64,000 nt of DNA from Candidatus Binataceae bacterium (GCA_035531675.1 DATKSL010000041.1:32696-96695), one strand, 5' to 3'. Positions 1 through 9,989 are shown, numbered from the stretch's first letter. The notes: generated by a model from the letters alone, not told the origin. Program-made: numbers and translations.

Positions 1-1283
1 GCAACCGGCTTGGACTTGCCGAGCGCGCGTATCGCCCATTCCCGGATGTAAAGGTCGCGATTGCGAAGTGCCGCAATCAACGCCGGTGTAGCGCTCTTTC
101 CCAGGCCGGCAAGGGTCTCGGCGGCGCCATCGCGTATCCGCCGATCCCCGTCGCCGAGCGCCTTGACCAGGGCGGGAATCGCCGCGGCGCCATCGGGTCC
201 CAGCGCCGTGATTGCGCTGAGCGCCGCCACGCGCACCCGCGGATCCTGATCTCCAGTCAACGCGCGCGCCAGCGACGGCGCCGCGCTCGCTCCTGCGATC
301 GGGCCGAGCACTTTCGCGATCGCGGCGCGGAAGCTTGGCTGCTGATTGGTGGCGAGCTGCAGTTCCAGCATCGGCGTCGCGTCGAGCGCGTTACGGCCCA
401 TTCCTCCCAGCGCTTCGACCGCTCCCCAATGCTGCACCGACTGGTCGGACCGCAGAGCCTCGATCAAAATCGGCACCGATGCCTTGTCGGTCGGATCGAT
501 TTTGGCAAGCGCATAGGCGGCCGAGTCGCGCACGTAGCGCACCGGGTCATTCAACACCGCGGAAAGCGCGGGGACGGCGATTTTGGCGGGCGGCCCGATC
601 CGTGACAGATCGTCAGCGGCCAGAGCGCGGATATTCGGGTTGGAATCTTTGAGCGCCTCGGCCAGTTCCGGAGCCGCCGCTTTCGCCGCTCCTTGACGCA
701 TCTGCAGCGCTGCGACCGCGGCGAGGCGCACCTGCGGGTTTTTGTTCTTGAGCGCCTGCCGCAGCAACGGCACCACCGCTGCGCCGATACCCGCGACCTG
801 CATCGAGGCGAAGGATTGCACCCGGGGGTCGCTGAAGGTGCCGATCAGAATCGGCCAGACCGCCGGCTGCTCTTTTGCCATCTCGCCCAGCGCACTGACC
901 ACGGAGATGCGAAGCTGCGCGTTCCTGTCGCGCTTGTCTTCGAGCAGATGGCTCAACGCGGGAATCGCCGGTGCGCCGACGTTGGCAAGCGCTCTGATCG
1001 CGTAGCCCGCGACGTCGGGCGGCGGGGCGGGATTCTCCAGGGCATCGAGGAGCGGCGCAATCGCCGCGGGCGGCAGCGGTTTGATTCCCGCGAGCCCCCG
1101 AGCCGCCTCGCGCTGCGCCCCTGCGTCGGGACTTTGCAACTGCTTGATGAGCTCGGCGACCCGTGGCGACGCAGAACCGCGCCGATCGCTCTGCGCCTGC
1201 GCCGCTCCGGAGGCCAGCACCAGCGCCAGAAGAACGAGCAGCGCTTGCCGTCTAAGAAAGCCTCGCGATGATGCGCGCGCCAT
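1..1283 (-). CDS. Secreted HEAT/PBS-lyase-like repeat protein; partial, the 3' end runs off the window start
   Basis: Minus-strand translation starting at the ATG at 1283 gives MARASSRGFLRRQALLVLLALVLASGAAQAQ... (signal peptide), then repeated ...AIPAL..LLxDxxxxVRxxAxxALG... HEAT-like units. There is no in-window stop, which is why it is missing from the ORF track. High GC3. It shares strand and operon context with the upstream GST. Confidence 0.55.
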   Translation of the reverse strand, partial: MARASSRGFLRRQALLVLLALVLASGAAQAQSDRRGSASPRVAELIKQLQSPDAGAQREAARGLAGIKPLPPAAIAPLLDALENPAPPPDVAGYAIRALANVGAPAIPALSHLLEDKRDRNAQLRISVVSALGEMAKEQPAVWPILIGTFSDPRVQSFASMQVAGIGAAVVPLLRQALKNKNPQVRLAAVAALQMRQGAAKAAAPELAEALKDSNPNIRALAADDLSRIGPPAKIAVPALSAVLNDPVRYVRDSAAYALAKIDPTDKASVPILIEALRSDQSVQHWGAVEALGGMGRNALDATPMLELQLATNQQPSFRAAIAKVLGPIAGASAAPSLARALTGDQDPRVRVAALSAITALGPDGAAAIPALVKALGDGDRRIRDGAAETLAGLGKSATPALIAALRNRDLYIREWAIRALGKSKPV

Positions 1284-1309
1284 CTTGCCGGGCGGAGTGG
1301 TCCCGCTCG

Positions 1310-2095
1310 CTAATGCGCCACGATCGCCGCGATCGCCGCGCGTGCGTCGCGGCCCGCCGGACCCATGATATCCAGGTACTTCGGATCGACGTAATTCGCC
1401 ACGCCGCTGAAGTTCGGCCGCGCCGCGCAGCGCGCCAGCCAGCGCCCGACCGAGGCCCGCTCGCCGTCCCACATCCATGAGAGCGACAGATGGTCGAGCC
1501 GCACGAGGTAGGGGGTAAGCGCCACATCGGCCAGGCTGTATTCATCGCCCACCAGCCACGGCGTCGCATCGAGTTGCCGAGCCATCTGCGTCAGCAGCTT
1601 GTCGTGGGCCTTGATCGCATTGGCGAAGGCCGGCGACTCGACCCCCTGGTTGAGCCGCGCGCGAAAGCTCTCACGCATCGCCGGGTCCGGCCGGCCGGCG
1701 GCGTAACGTTCGATCGCTTCGGGGCCGAGCGCGAGATATTGATGGCGAAAGGCGAGCGCGAAGCTGATGGTGGCGCACGCCAGGTGCAGGCCGGTGTCGG
1801 GAATCTGCGTCCAGATGCGCATCCGGGCCCGCGCGATAGGATCCTGCGGCCGCAGCGGATGATCGGGATAGGCGTCATCCAGATACTCGCAGATGACGGT
1901 CGACTCGATGATCGGCTGACCCTTCTCGACGATAGTGGGGACCACCGCCTTGGGGTTGAGCTTTACGTACTCGGGCTGGTTTTGATCGCCGGCACGCAGG
2001 TTCAGATGGTGCTCGGTGGGTTTGAGATTTTTTTCGTGGATCACCAGCCGGACCTTCTGCGAACAGACCGACATGTTGTTGTGATAGAGCTCCAT
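1310..2095 (-). CDS. Glutathione S-transferase family protein
   Basis: 261 aa. The N-terminal thioredoxin-like GST domain carries VVPTIVEKGQPIIESTVICEYLDDAYP, and the C-terminal helical GST domain follows. A GGAGG RBS precedes the ATG. Confidence 0.75.
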   Translation of the reverse strand: MELYHNNMSVCSQKVRLVIHEKNLKPTEHHLNLRAGDQNQPEYVKLNPKAVVPTIVEKGQPIIESTVICEYLDDAYPDHPLRPQDPIARARMRIWTQIPDTGLHLACATISFALAFRHQYLALGPEAIERYAAGRPDPAMRESFRARLNQGVESPAFANAIKAHDKLLTQMARQLDATPWLVGDEYSLADVALTPYLVRLDHLSLSWMWDGERASVGRWLARCAARPNFSGVANYVDPKYLDIMGPAGRDARAAIAAIVAH

Positions 2096-2139
2096 GGTCG
2101 CCTCCGGATTGCGCCGCGACGCTCACGCGTCCGCGCGGT

Positions 2140-4371
2140 TCATTTGGTGTCGAACTCGAATACCACCTCGCCCGGCGTCTGTGGATTACCGGCGGCGAGT
2201 TTCTCCAGATAAAGTCCGATCAGCTTGTCGCCCGGCCGCTCGGCCAGCAGCGCGTTGAAGGCCTCGCGGGCGGCCTCCGGCGCGCCCTGCCTGAGACGGC
2301 CGAGCGCTTCCGCGTAACGCTCACAGTAGCGCGGGTCGACGCCGTCGCCGAGCCGGCCGGCCACCTCTACCACCGGCACCAGCTCTTCCTTGCCTTTGAC
2401 CTTGACCAGTCCGATCTCGCGCACCAGGTAGTGGTTGGTGCCGCCGGCTTCGTCGAGGGTCTTGCGGGTGACGATCAGATGCGAGCCGAAGCGGCGCGTC
2501 AGCCCCTCCAGCCGCGAGGCGAGATTCACCGTGTCACCGATCACCGAATATTCGAAATGCTGGTCGCCGCCGAAATTGCCGACGATCACGTCGCCGGTCG
2601 CGATGCCGATGCCGATGTCGAGGTCGGCGAAACGCTCGTCGTTGTGGCGCAACCGTGCCAGGGCCTCGAGCATGTTGAGCCCGCAATCGATCGCGGCGCG
2701 CGACGGATTTTCCAACGGCAGCGGTGCGCCCCAGAACGCCATGATGCCGTCGCCCATCAGCTTGTCGAGCACGCCGCGGCTGTCGAAGATAAGCCCGGTC
2801 ATGGCGTTGGTGTAGGTGTTGAGCAGCGCGACCAGCGCTTCGGGCTCGGAGCGCTCGGCGCGCGCCGTGAAGTTCACGATGTCGGAAAACAGGATGCTGA
2901 GGTGGCGGCGCTCGCCGCCGAGCCGCAGCCCCTGGGGATCGTCGACGACCGAGGAGATCACACCCGGATGCAGGTAATGCTCGAAGGCGTGACGAATACG
3001 GCGCTTCTCGCGGCCTTCGGTGGCATAGCGGAAGCTTGCCAATAATGCGTAGGTGATACTGACCACGCCGAGCGGAAAGACCACCCCGACCAGCGTTCCG
3101 CCGTACGCCAGCCGCGCCTGCGCATACAGAAAATAGCCGCCGGCCAGGACCAGCAGCGCCACGAAGGACCAGATCGCCGAGAGCGTTGCGGCCGCGGCGC
3201 TGATCGCGATTCCCAGTATCACCGCGCTCAGCCGCGCCTCGCCCTCGCTGGTCTCGGAGCGGCGGATGAAGGTGCCCTGCAGCAGATCGTCGATCGCGTT
3301 GGCGTGAATCTCGACCGCCGGATAATCGGCGCCCACCGGCGTCACCACGCGATCGCCGAGCCCATGGCCGGTGACGCCGACCAGCACGATTTTATTTGCC
3401 AGCGCGGCGGCCGGGACGCGATGGTTCACGATATCGGCCACCGAGTAGCGCGGGAAGACGGTTTCATCGCCACGGAAATCGACCAGCATCCGGCCCATCT
3501 CATCGACCGGAATCGATTCGTCTCCGATCGCCACGCCGGTGATGCCGACCGGCGACAGTCGCAGCGAGAGCGGCGCGTTGTCGCGATAAGCGGCGGCCAC
3601 CGCCAGGAACAGCGGGATGCAATAGCGGTCGTGAAAACGCACCACCGTCATCTCCGAGCGCATCACGCCGTCCGCGTCGGCGTCGATATCGACGTAGGCG
3701 CTGCCCCGGGCCGCCTTGAGCAGCGGCGCGATCGGCGGCAGGTAGGCATGCGCGGTGAGCAGCAGCGCGGGCGCCGGGCCGGCCGCCTTGAGCACGGTCC
3801 CATACTCGAGCGGCGGCGGCGTCTGGATGGTGGTGACGTAGTTGGCGTTGGCCTGCGCGCTCTGCAGATTGTTGAACTGATGGCTGGCCAGCGGATAGGC
3901 GAGGATGGTCGAGCCCTGGGTCTGAATCGCCCTGGCGAACTGGAGATCGTTGCTTTCGCCCAGGGTGCTGGCGATGGTCGCCGGGCTGAGGCCGGCGGCA
4001 GCGAGCCGCCGGGCGATCTGCTCGCGCTGCACGTCGGCGTTGTCGCGTTCGCTGAAGAAGATATCGAAACCGACGACCTTGACCCGGTAAGCGCGCAGCG
4101 CGTCGACCAGCCGCGCCATCGTGCTTCGCGGCCATGGCCAGCGTCCGAGCTCGGCGATACTACGGTCGTCGACCGCGGCGATCACGACGATACGCGCCGG
4201 CTTGCGGCCCGGCCGCGCGTACATCCGCAGATCCGAGGCCTTGAGCTCCGCCATCTCGAGCGCGCGCGAATAGCGTGCAGCGATCGAGAACAACCCGACC
4301 ATCACCAGCAGGCCGAGAACGAACGAGCGCAGCGCCGTGCCGCGAAGGATTTTGAACCTGCCTGAGGCCAT
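2140..4371 (-). CDS. CHASE2 sensor-domain adenylate/guanylate cyclase (class III nucleotidyl cyclase)
   Basis: 743 aa. N-terminal TM helix, then a large periplasmic CHASE2-like region, then 3 TM helices. The C-terminal cyclase catalytic domain contains ...ILFSDIVNFTARAE...GDGIMAFWGAP... Confidence 0.8.
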   Translation of the reverse strand: MASGRFKILRGTALRSFVLGLLVMVGLFSIAARYSRALEMAELKASDLRMYARPGRKPARIVVIAAVDDRSIAELGRWPWPRSTMARLVDALRAYRVKVVGFDIFFSERDNADVQREQIARRLAAAGLSPATIASTLGESNDLQFARAIQTQGSTILAYPLASHQFNNLQSAQANANYVTTIQTPPPLEYGTVLKAAGPAPALLLTAHAYLPPIAPLLKAARGSAYVDIDADADGVMRSEMTVVRFHDRYCIPLFLAVAAAYRDNAPLSLRLSPVGITGVAIGDESIPVDEMGRMLVDFRGDETVFPRYSVADIVNHRVPAAALANKIVLVGVTGHGLGDRVVTPVGADYPAVEIHANAIDDLLQGTFIRRSETSEGEARLSAVILGIAISAAAATLSAIWSFVALLVLAGGYFLYAQARLAYGGTLVGVVFPLGVVSITYALLASFRYATEGREKRRIRHAFEHYLHPGVISSVVDDPQGLRLGGERRHLSILFSDIVNFTARAERSEPEALVALLNTYTNAMTGLIFDSRGVLDKLMGDGIMAFWGAPLPLENPSRAAIDCGLNMLEALARLRHNDERFADLDIGIGIATGDVIVGNFGGDQHFEYSVIGDTVNLASRLEGLTRRFGSHLIVTRKTLDEAGGTNHYLVREIGLVKVKGKEELVPVVEVAGRLGDGVDPRYCERYAEALGRLRQGAPEAAREAFNALLAERPGDKLIGLYLEKLAAGNPQTPGEVVFEFDTK

Positions 4372-4441
4372 ACCCGAACCGGACTGGCCAGAGATTAGGA
4401 CACCGGGGCGCTTTAAGCCAACCGGCTCCGACCGGCGATCG

Positions 4442-5209
4442 CTATTCCTTCCAGCTGAACTGCCGGAACAGGCTGATTTCGCCGTATTGCTTGGCGGTGC
4501 CGTAGCCGAACTGGGTCATCAGGCCGAGCTGCCATGGACGGTAGAAGAACGTGAGGTCGGGGCCGCCCTGGCCGGCGCTGCCATTGGTGATGCCGCCGGT
4601 CCAGAACGCTCCGCCGGCGCCGGCCAGCACCATGAACGTATCGTTCGAGATCGCGACCGTGCGCAGATCGATCTCGGTCGAGGTCACCGCGTTCTCGAAG
4701 GTATGGAGCGAGCTGAACGACCAGTTGAGCGGCAACCGGCTGTAGGCGAACAGCCAGCTATTGAAATCGCCCTCGATCACCGAGCTGTGGCTGTCGCCGC
4801 CGTCGTGCCCGCCGGAAAGATAAAAGTGAGCGCCCGGAAAGATCGCGAAATCGAGGCCGCCCTGGAAGCGCCCGAAATCGTAGCGCGAGTTGGCCCCGTT
4901 GGTCGGGTCGAGCGGATTCGAGAAGCCCTCGCCCACGTAAAGCTGATAGCCGGTCGCGCGTCCGAACACGCCGATGTAGGGCGTCAGACTTTGCTCAATC
5001 TGGAAACCTTCCTGGGTGACGCCCGACTGATCGCTGATATAGCCGCCGCCGTACAGCACGAGTTGGAAAGTCCCCTGCTGCTTCAATGAGAAGAAATCCG
5101 GATAGAAGCTGCTTAGCTGCGCATGGGCTGTTCCGGCAGCAAGGATCGCAAGCGACAGGGCCAAGGCCGCGCCGCGAAGCAGCGTCGGTATTACAGAATC
5201 GCGGGGCAC
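4442..5209 (-). CDS. Secreted hypothetical protein, possible outer-membrane beta-barrel
   Basis: 255 aa with a signal peptide (ALALSLAILAAGTAHAQ). It is Gly/Ser/aromatic rich with alternating hydrophobic patterning and a C-terminal aromatic-rich end (FSWKE). It lies between the FecR-like and CHASE2 genes on the same strand. Confidence 0.45.
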   Translation of the reverse strand: MPRDSVIPTLLRGAALALSLAILAAGTAHAQLSSFYPDFFSLKQQGTFQLVLYGGGYISDQSGVTQEGFQIEQSLTPYIGVFGRATGYQLYVGEGFSNPLDPTNGANSRYDFGRFQGGLDFAIFPGAHFYLSGGHDGGDSHSSVIEGDFNSWLFAYSRLPLNWSFSSLHTFENAVTSTEIDLRTVAISNDTFMVLAGAGGAFWTGGITNGSAGQGGPDLTFFYRPWQLGLMTQFGYGTAKQYGEISLFRQFSWKE

Positions 5210-5221
5210 GTCAAATTCCCG

Positions 5222-6016
5222 CTAGCCGGGGAATCCTCCACCGCTCGGCGGGGGTGGCGGTGGCGGCGGCGGGGGTGGCGGTGGTGGTGCCGCGCTGGCG
5301 CCGGGGCTGACGCCGGTGAAGCCGCCCGCGCCGCTGCCGGTGGTGCCGATCGCGGCCGGCGTCAGCGGCGCCAGCGCGCACGGTACCGCACTCGTGTAGC
5401 CCGGCTTGATCTCGATCGCCGGCGCTCCCGGATTCAGCGTGCTGCGAACCTCGACCACGCCCTCGGCGACCGAGACATCGGTGAAATCGCTGCAATTTGG
5501 ATAGCCCGGCCGCGGGGCTCCGGCGCGATAGTCGGTCTCGTAATCGGTGCCGCGCGCCGCCGCGATCGCGTTGGGCGTATGCACCGCGAAGTTGGGCACG
5601 CCGCCCGCCGAAGTGGCGTGGACCAGCGAACGCAGCAGGCCCGAGACCAGGCTCACCTGGGTGCTTATCCGCCCACCGGCGCCGACCAGATGCTGGTCGA
5701 TGGTGATGGTGCTGGATTCGTGAATCTGGAGCTGGCTCTGATCGGTCAGTGTGATGGTCGCGGAGGAGGCCGGCCCGGTGGTGATGCGATCACCGACCAT
5801 TATCGCTGTGCCCTGGGCGAGGTTGCTGGTCGTGGCTCCGCGCTTCACCTGCACCTGACCCTGGACGGCGGTGGCGGTGCCGGCGGTTGCTTGCGCGAAG
5901 ACCGGCGGCGTCGCCAGCCCGATCGCGAGCGCGATCACTGCGCCGAGAAGCGTGGCGAACCGTGCCGCAGTGGCGAGTGGCGCGCGCGGCCGACAAGCTG
6001 CGATCCGCATGGTCAT
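5222..6016 (-). CDS. FecR-domain secreted protein with C-terminal polyproline tail
   Basis: 264 aa with a signal peptide and a FecR-like beta-sandwich region. The C-terminal region ...AAPPPPPPPPPPPPPPSGGGFPG carries 14 consecutive Pro. FecR-domain genes are a known neighbour of CHASE2 proteins. Confidence 0.6.
   Translation of the reverse strand: MTMRIAACRPRAPLATAARFATLLGAVIALAIGLATPPVFAQATAGTATAVQGQVQVKRGATTSNLAQGTAIMVGDRITTGPASSATITLTDQSQLQIHESSTITIDQHLVGAGGRISTQVSLVSGLLRSLVHATSAGGVPNFAVHTPNAIAAARGTDYETDYRAGAPRPGYPNCSDFTDVSVAEGVVEVRSTLNPGAPAIEIKPGYTSAVPCALAPLTPAAIGTTGSGAGGFTGVSPGASAAPPPPPPPPPPPPPPSGGGFPG
5246..5287 (-). repeat. Simple GC-rich repeat encoding a 14-residue polyproline stretch
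   Basis: GGTGGCGGTGGCGGCGGCGGGGGTGGCGGTGGTGG on the plus strand equals CCN x14 on the coding strand. Confidence 0.7.
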
Positions 6017-6040
6017 AGCTACTATGCGAAACTTCTATGT

Positions 6041-6068
6041 TTTGCGGTGAGTCGAGTCAAACCGCAAA
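6041..6068. promoter_or_regulatory. Palindrome TTTGCGGT-N12-ACCGCAAA in the divergent intergenic region; candidate regulator binding site
   Basis: Perfect 8-bp inverted repeat arms between the FecR-like operon start and the meta-cleavage operon. A TTGACA hexamer at about 6172-6177 lies about 70 bp upstream of the dmpF-like ATG. Confidence 0.3.
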
Positions 6069-6247
6069 CTGCTCTTTTGGCCTAATCGGCACCCTGGGAA
6101 GTCGATCGTGAGGCGTTTCGATCGCCATGCGGCGAGCCGGTCTTGCGGCGCCGGCGCGCCGGCGGGGTTTCTTGACACTGTTCGGCGTTCATGAAAATCA
6201 GCTAAGCTGACAGTATCGACATACTGGAGCGTTGCAAGGAGTTCTCG

Positions 6248-7162
6248 ATGGCATCGGAGAAAGTCAAAGTTGCAATCATCGGCTCGGGCAATATCGGCAC
6301 CGACCTGATGTTCAAGCTGCGCCGCAGCACGGTGCTCGAGCTGACCTGGATGGTCGGCGTGGTGCCCGATTCCGACGGGCTGCGCCGCGCCCGTGAGCTC
6401 GGCTACAAGACCACGCACAAGGGTATCGAAGACCTGAAGGACCATCTCGAGGACTTCGAGATGGCCTTCGACGCCACCACGGCGCACGCCCATTACAAGC
6501 ACGCCGAACTGCTCAAGCAGTGGGGCAAGATCGCAATCGATCTGACCCCGGCGGCGATCGGTCCCTACGTGGTGCCGGTGGTCAACCTCGATCAGTACCT
6601 CGACCATCAGAACGTCAACCTGGTGACCTGCGGCGGACAGGCGACGGTGCCGATGGTCTATGCGGTGTCGCGGGTGACGCCGGTCAAGTACGCCGAAATC
6701 GTCTCGACCGTGGCCAGCCGCTCGGCGGGTCCCGGCACGCGCCAGAATATCGACGAGTTTACCGAGACCACGGCGCGCGGACTCTCGGAAGTCGGCGGCG
6801 CCGCGCAGGGCAAGGCGATTATTATTCTCAACCCCGCCGACCCGCCGATCATCATGCGCAACACGGTTTACGTCAGCCTCGACAAGGACGCCGACCGCGA
6901 GGCGATCAAGGGCTCGATCGAGGAGATGGTGACCGAGGTGCAGCGTTACGTGCCCGGCTATCACCTGAAGTCGCCGCCGATCTTCGACGAGGATCGGGTG
7001 ATGATAATGCTCGAGGTCGAAGGGGCGGGCGATTACCTGCCCAAGTTTTCGGGCAACCTCGACATCATGACCTCGGCCGCGGTGCGCGTGGCCGAGGGCT
7101 TCGCCAGCCATCTCAAGACACGCAAAGGACGCCCTGAGCGGCGGGAGGAGAGCCGGGCATGA
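6248..7162 (+). CDS. mhpF: Acetaldehyde dehydrogenase (acetylating), DmpF/MhpF/BphJ family
   Basis: 304 aa. [23 protein letters not shown]... is the typical N-terminus of acetylating ALDH. An AAGGAG RBS precedes it, and the stop overlaps the aldolase start. Confidence 0.9.
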   Translation: MASEKVKVAIIGSGNIGTDLMFKLRRSTVLELTWMVGVVPDSDGLRRARELGYKTTHKGIEDLKDHLEDFEMAFDATTAHAHYKHAELLKQWGKIAIDLTPAAIGPYVVPVVNLDQYLDHQNVNLVTCGGQATVPMVYAVSRVTPVKYAEIVSTVASRSAGPGTRQNIDEFTETTARGLSEVGGAAQGKAIIILNPADPPIIMRNTVYVSLDKDADREAIKGSIEEMVTEVQRYVPGYHLKSPPIFDEDRVMIMLEVEGAGDYLPKFSGNLDIMTSAAVRVAEGFASHLKTRKGRPERREESRA

Positions 7163-8211
7163 GTGCCAAGAAAATCTGGATTACCGATACCACGCTGCGC
7201 GACGGCGACCATGCGATGTCGCACAAGTACGAGGTCGACCAGGTGCGGCGTATCGCCCAGGCGCTCGATGAGGCCGGCGTGCCGGTCATCGAGGTCTCGC
7301 ACGGCGACGGGCTGGGCGGCTCGTCGATGCAATACGGCTTCTCGATCGAAGAGGAGGAGAAGTACCTGCGCGCCGCCGCCGAGGTTATCAAGCGCGGCCG
7401 GATGGCGTTCCTGCTGCTGCCGGGAATCGGCACCCGCCACGACCTCGAGCGGGCCGCCAAAATCGGCGCCAAGGTGGCGCGCGTCGCCACCCATTGCACC
7501 GAGGCCGACATCTCCGAACAGCACATCAAGATGGCCAAGGACCTCGGCCTCGACGTGCATAGCTTCCTGATGATGTCGCACATGACGTCGCCCGAAGCGC
7601 TGGCCGGGCAGGCCAAGCTGATGGAAAGCTACGGCGCCGACTGTATCTACGTGGTCGACTCCGCCGGCGCCCAGCTCGTCGACGAGGCGCGCCAGCGGGT
7701 GCGCGCGCTGCGCCATGCGCTCGAGCCCAAGACCGAGGTCGGCTTCCACGCGCACAACAACCTCGGCCTGGCGGTCGGCAACAGCCTGGTCGCGATCGAA
7801 GAAGGCGCCACCCGCATCGACGGCAGCGCCTGCGGACTCGGCGCCGGCGCGGGCAACACCCAGACCGAGGCGCTGGTCGCGGTGCTCGATCGGATGGGTA
7901 TCGAGACCGGCATCGATCTCTTCAAGATCATGGACGTGGCCGAGGAAGTGGTCTACCCGATAATGCGCCAGCGCCACGTGCCGCGCATCGATCGCGGCAG
8001 CCTGACGATCGGCTACGCCGGCGTCTACTCGACCTTCCTGCTGTTCGCGCAGCGGGCGGCCGAGAAGTTCGGCGTCGAGACGCGCGACATCCTGGTCGAG
8101 CTCGGCAAGCGCAAGATGGTCGGCGGCCAGGAAGACATGATTATCGACGTCGCGGTCGAGCTCGCGAACCAGGCCAAGAGCAAGCCCCGCCGCGCCGAAG
8201 CGCGCGCCTAG
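7159..8211 (+). CDS. mhpE: 4-hydroxy-2-oxovalerate aldolase, DmpG/MhpE/BphI family
   Basis: 350 aa. [56 protein letters not shown]... is the canonical HOA aldolase. It is translationally coupled to the ALDH. Confidence 0.9.
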   Translation: MSAKKIWITDTTLRDGDHAMSHKYEVDQVRRIAQALDEAGVPVIEVSHGDGLGGSSMQYGFSIEEEEKYLRAAAEVIKRGRMAFLLLPGIGTRHDLERAAKIGAKVARVATHCTEADISEQHIKMAKDLGLDVHSFLMMSHMTSPEALAGQAKLMESYGADCIYVVDSAGAQLVDEARQRVRALRHALEPKTEVGFHAHNNLGLAVGNSLVAIEEGATRIDGSACGLGAGAGNTQTEALVAVLDRMGIETGIDLFKIMDVAEEVVYPIMRQRHVPRIDRGSLTIGYAGVYSTFLLFAQRAAEKFGVETRDILVELGKRKMVGGQEDMIIDVAVELANQAKSKPRRAEARA

Positions 8212-8296
8212 GCGGCGCTGCGGGCCTGAAACTTCGCAACCCACGATGGGCGCCGGCAGCCCCGGCGCCCGTCATCCGCTTAGGGAGCGCCATTCC

Positions 8297-9169
8297 ATGT
8301 CAATCTGGACCGGCCTGATGGGCCACGGGGTCAAGCAGACGTTCTATGACGCCGGCGGCGTGCGCACGCGCGCGATCGAGGCTGGTTCCGGCCCGGTGCT
8401 GATCTTCCTGCACGGCACCGGCGGCCATGCCGAGGCTTACACGCGCAATATCGTCGAGCATGCGCGACACTTCCACGTCTATGCGGTCGACATGGTCGGG
8501 CATGGCTACTCGGCGATGCCTGACATCGCGTACCACTACGACGATTACGTGAAATGGCTGCACGACCTGCTCGACGCGATCGGCGCCCGCACGGCGATTA
8601 TCTCGGGCGAATCGCTGGGTGCGATGGTCGCGCAACTGTTCGCGATTCGTTATCCCGAGCGCGCCGAAAAAGTGGTGCTCAACACCGGCATCATGTGGCC
8701 GTCGGACGCCGCCGGGCGCAAGGAAGTAAACGACCTGCTCGAGCGCAGCCGCGCCGCCACCGGCGCGCTCACCCGCGAAACGGTGCGCAAGCGGCTGGAT
8801 TGGCTGATGTTCGAGCCGGCCAAGAGCGTGACCGACGAGCTGGTCGAGGTGCGCTATCAAATCTACACCCAGCCGGGACGCGGACCGGTAATCCGCAAGA
8901 TCGCCGAGGCCAGTATCAGCGGCCTGCTGGCGTTGGAGGCGGGCAAGGGGCTGTGCGATCCCGAGTTCCTGCGGCGCTGTCGATGCCCCGCGTTGCTGGT
9001 CTGGACGCGGCATAATCCGGGGCAATCGATCCCGGTCGCCGAGGCCGGCATGCAGCACATCCCCAACGGCCGCATGGTGATCATGGAGAACAGCGCGCAT
9101 TGGCCCCAATGGGAGGAGCCCGAGCTGTTCAACAAGCTGCATCTCGAGTTTCTGCGCGGCAACGGCTGA
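8297..9169 (+). CDS. Alpha/beta hydrolase, meta-cleavage product (2-hydroxy-6-oxo-dienoate) hydrolase, BphD/MhpC/HsaD-like
   Basis: The ORF track starts at 8246. The ATG at 8297 (MSIWTGL...) has a GGGAG RBS. Alpha/beta-hydrolase fold with GxSxG (GESLG). Context is within the meta-cleavage operon. Confidence 0.75.
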   Translation: MSIWTGLMGHGVKQTFYDAGGVRTRAIEAGSGPVLIFLHGTGGHAEAYTRNIVEHARHFHVYAVDMVGHGYSAMPDIAYHYDDYVKWLHDLLDAIGARTAIISGESLGAMVAQLFAIRYPERAEKVVLNTGIMWPSDAAGRKEVNDLLERSRAATGALTRETVRKRLDWLMFEPAKSVTDELVEVRYQIYTQPGRGPVIRKIAEASISGLLALEAGKGLCDPEFLRRCRCPALLVWTRHNPGQSIPVAEAGMQHIPNGRMVIMENSAHWPQWEEPELFNKLHLEFLRGNG

Positions 9170-9194
9170 GCGACCGCTTTCAGGAGAGACTGCC

Positions 9195-9989
9195 ATGGCA
9201 TCCACGATGAATTCAGCGCAAATCAACACGATCGCCAAACGGCTGATCGAGGCCGAAGACAAACGCGCGCCGATTGCGCCGTTGACCACCGAGTTTCCCG
9301 AGCTGGCGGTCGAGGACGCCTACGCAATCCAGCTGGCGGTGCTCGAAGTCAAGAAATCGCGCGGCGAAATGGTGACCGGCCGCAAGGCGGGGCTCACCAG
9401 CCAGGCGATCCAGAAACTGTTCGGCGTCAACGAGCCCGACTTCGGCCATCTGCTGGCGAGCATGATGGTCGAGAGCGGCGCCGCCATCGCGTCGTCGGAA
9501 GTGATACAGGCCAAGGCGGAACCGGAAATCGCGTTCGTGCTGGCGCAGGACCTGCGCGGACCGGGGGTGACCGCGCTCGATGTAGTCGGCGCGACGAAAT
9601 ACATCGTGCCGGTGCTGGAGATAATCGACAGCCGCATCGCGGACTGGAAAATCAAGCTGGGCGATACCATCGCCGACAACGCCTCGTGCGGCAAGGTGGT
9701 GATCGGCGGCCCGGCGCGGCCGGTCACCGGGGTGGACCTGCGATTGGTCGGCGTGGTGTTCGAGAAAAATGGCGAGGTGATCGCGACCGGCGCCGGCGCC
9801 GCGGCGCTCGGCAATCCCGCCATCGCGGTGGCCTGGCTCGCCAACAAGCTGGCCTCCTTCGATCAATATCTGCGCAAGGGCGAGCTGATTCTGCCCGGCT
9901 CGCTGACCTCGGCGTTCGACGCGAAGCCCGGCGACCATATCCGGGCCACCTTCGATCGGCTGGGCTCGGTCGGCGTGCGCTTCGTCTAA
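9195..9989 (+). CDS. mhpD: 2-keto-4-pentenoate (2-oxopent-4-enoate) hydratase, MhpD/BphH/HsaE family
   Basis: 264 aa of hydratase/decarboxylase (FAH-like) family sequence. An AGGAGA RBS precedes it. Confidence 0.85.
   Translation: MASTMNSAQINTIAKRLIEAEDKRAPIAPLTTEFPELAVEDAYAIQLAVLEVKKSRGEMVTGRKAGLTSQAIQKLFGVNEPDFGHLLASMMVESGAAIASSEVIQAKAEPEIAFVLAQDLRGPGVTALDVVGATKYIVPVLEIIDSRIADWKIKLGDTIADNASCGKVVIGGPARPVTGVDLRLVGVVFEKNGEVIATGAGAAALGNPAIAVAWLANKLASFDQYLRKGELILPGSLTSAFDAKPGDHIRATFDRLGSVGVRFV

Noticed and set aside
7033-8244. Long antisense ORFs opposite well-supported genes (for example 7033..8244 -, 6035..7111 -, 14823..16022 +, 5123..6085 +, 58556..60082 +, 53551..54825 -, 45564..47102 +, 26110..27495 -)
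   Set aside because: They are shadow ORFs typical of high-GC DNA. Their translations are Arg/Ala/Gly-rich low-complexity sequence, and they lack RBSs and family similarity. The opposite-strand genes have clear homology-based identities.
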